In this document: piece by piece, positions 62,883 through 64,000 of the stretch
Layout of the letters: every line of letters starts with the position of its first letter
How positions within the stretch are numbered: position 1 is the first letter of the stretch
Source: Octopus bimaculoides
Lineage: Eukaryota
DNA: 64,000 bases
Direction: 5' to 3'
Assembly: GCF_001194135.2 (NCBI RefSeq)
Contig: NC_068989.1
Location: 64,418,833 to 64,482,832 of the forward strand
Notes under the pieces: model-generated
The model's database searches: none
What the model saw: only the letters and a program-made list of their open reading frames with translations
Told to the model about the DNA's origin: nothing
Program-made: the position numbers and the translations under genes

Positions 62883-64000
62883 AAGAAATGGTTTACTGAA
62901 GGTTGGAATGTCTTTGATGATAGGTTTGCAGACTAAATTGCAAACTGTTAATAGTTTTAAAGAGGACACCTCCTCAGCTACACTTTGGCATACATAGTTT
63001 GAGATTTGGTTCAGTAGAAAAAAAGTTATATCAAAATATGTCAGACCTCAAGGCAGAGGGCAGTAAGGCAGATATTCATTTTCAATTAACATAATTGTTT
63101 TAATTTTAAAATAAAATTATACATTCCTTAGACTTAAATGATAGAAAAATGCACGAAGAATTCAGAATCGTTAGTCGCATTGAACAAAAATTAGTAGAAA
63201 AATGAGTTACGAGGGAAAATGTCACGAAATTTAATGTCAATAAGTGAGGAAGTAGGAAGTAACGCCCCAAACAATAAAAATAAAGAATATATTTCTAAAA
63301 TGAAAGGTGACGATCAAAGTCGGCGAGCTGGCAGAAACGCTAGCACACCGGTTGCAATGATTATCGGTATTTCGTCTGTCTTTACGTTTTAAGTTCAAAT
63401 TTCGCCGAGGTCGAACTTCGCCTTTTATCCATTTCGGATCTATTCAATTTGAAGTACAGATTCTTTAATTAATTTTTTTAAACTAAACACTTTGAAACTT
63501 TGGTAGAATGTGTCATATAGAACAGGGTTTACTCTTAACATTTTTGACAAAATTTTGTATTTTAGAAGTTATTTCGTCAGAAGTTACTGACTGACAATGG
63601 ACAATTCGTATTTGATAAGCGTCAATACACTCAGCTTTTGACTTACTCTCTAACTTCTGCTGATGATATATATACATATTTCATATATATGTAAAAAAAA
63701 AAAAATCTCATCACGTAATCGAACCAATGAAAGAGCTAAAAATAGCAGCCAAAGTATCCTCCTACCTAAATCATACGCCCATTGTACGTAATGTTCTAGA
63801 TTATCCCTAAAATAAGAAATGGTTTACTGAAGGTTGGAATGTCTTTGATGATAGGTTTGCAGACTAAATTGCAAACTGTTAATAGTTTTAAAGAGGACAC
63901 CTCCTCAGCTACACTTTGGCATACATAGTTTGAGATTTGGTTCAGTAGAAAAAAAGTTATATCAAAATATGTCAGACCTCAAGGCAGAGGGCAGTAAGGC
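62883..64000 (+). repeat. Identical direct duplication 62883-63069 / 63814-64000 (offset 931 bp)
   Basis: 187 bp with no difference seen, starting at a gap edge and running off the window end. Confidence 0.9.
63320..63445 (+). mobile_element. SINE family B, 5' fragment
   Basis: GGCGAGCTGGCAGAAACGCTAGCAC...AAGTTCAAATTTCGCCGAGGTCG. Confidence 0.8.

Overview
AT-rich, repeat-saturated eukaryotic DNA from a gappy draft assembly; most N-gaps are bordered by (TA)n or other microsatellites. The SINE families and microsatellite load suggest a cephalopod, probably Octopus (inference from recall, not a search). There is no intact long gene. Contents: (1) more than 40 copies or fragments of three tRNA-headed SINE families, called A, B and C here. 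(2) Decayed non-LTR retrotransposons: a 2.3-kb Tx1/L1-clade RT fragment, four RTE-clade C-terminal fragments and three R4/Dong-like restriction-like-endonuclease fragments. (3) DNA-transposon relics: a Tc1 transposase fragment, a hAT MITE with 8-bp TSD and a Helentron-type non-autonomous element. (4) Two low-confidence host exons. The most unusual signals are not visible in the ORF track. There are at least five to seven hammerhead-ribozyme-like motifs, mostly in mutually dissimilar contexts (7997, 9926, 30581 with its inverted twin, 52214, 52506, 57419, 61928). There are also five long fold-back inverted repeats, three of which abut or contain these motifs. This pattern fits a diverse population of non-autonomous Penelope-like or retrozyme-type elements, possibly with a recurrent U4-to-C core variant. 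All structural calls were made by eye and none has been folded, searched or assayed. Almost all supplied ORFs are microsatellite or N artefacts.
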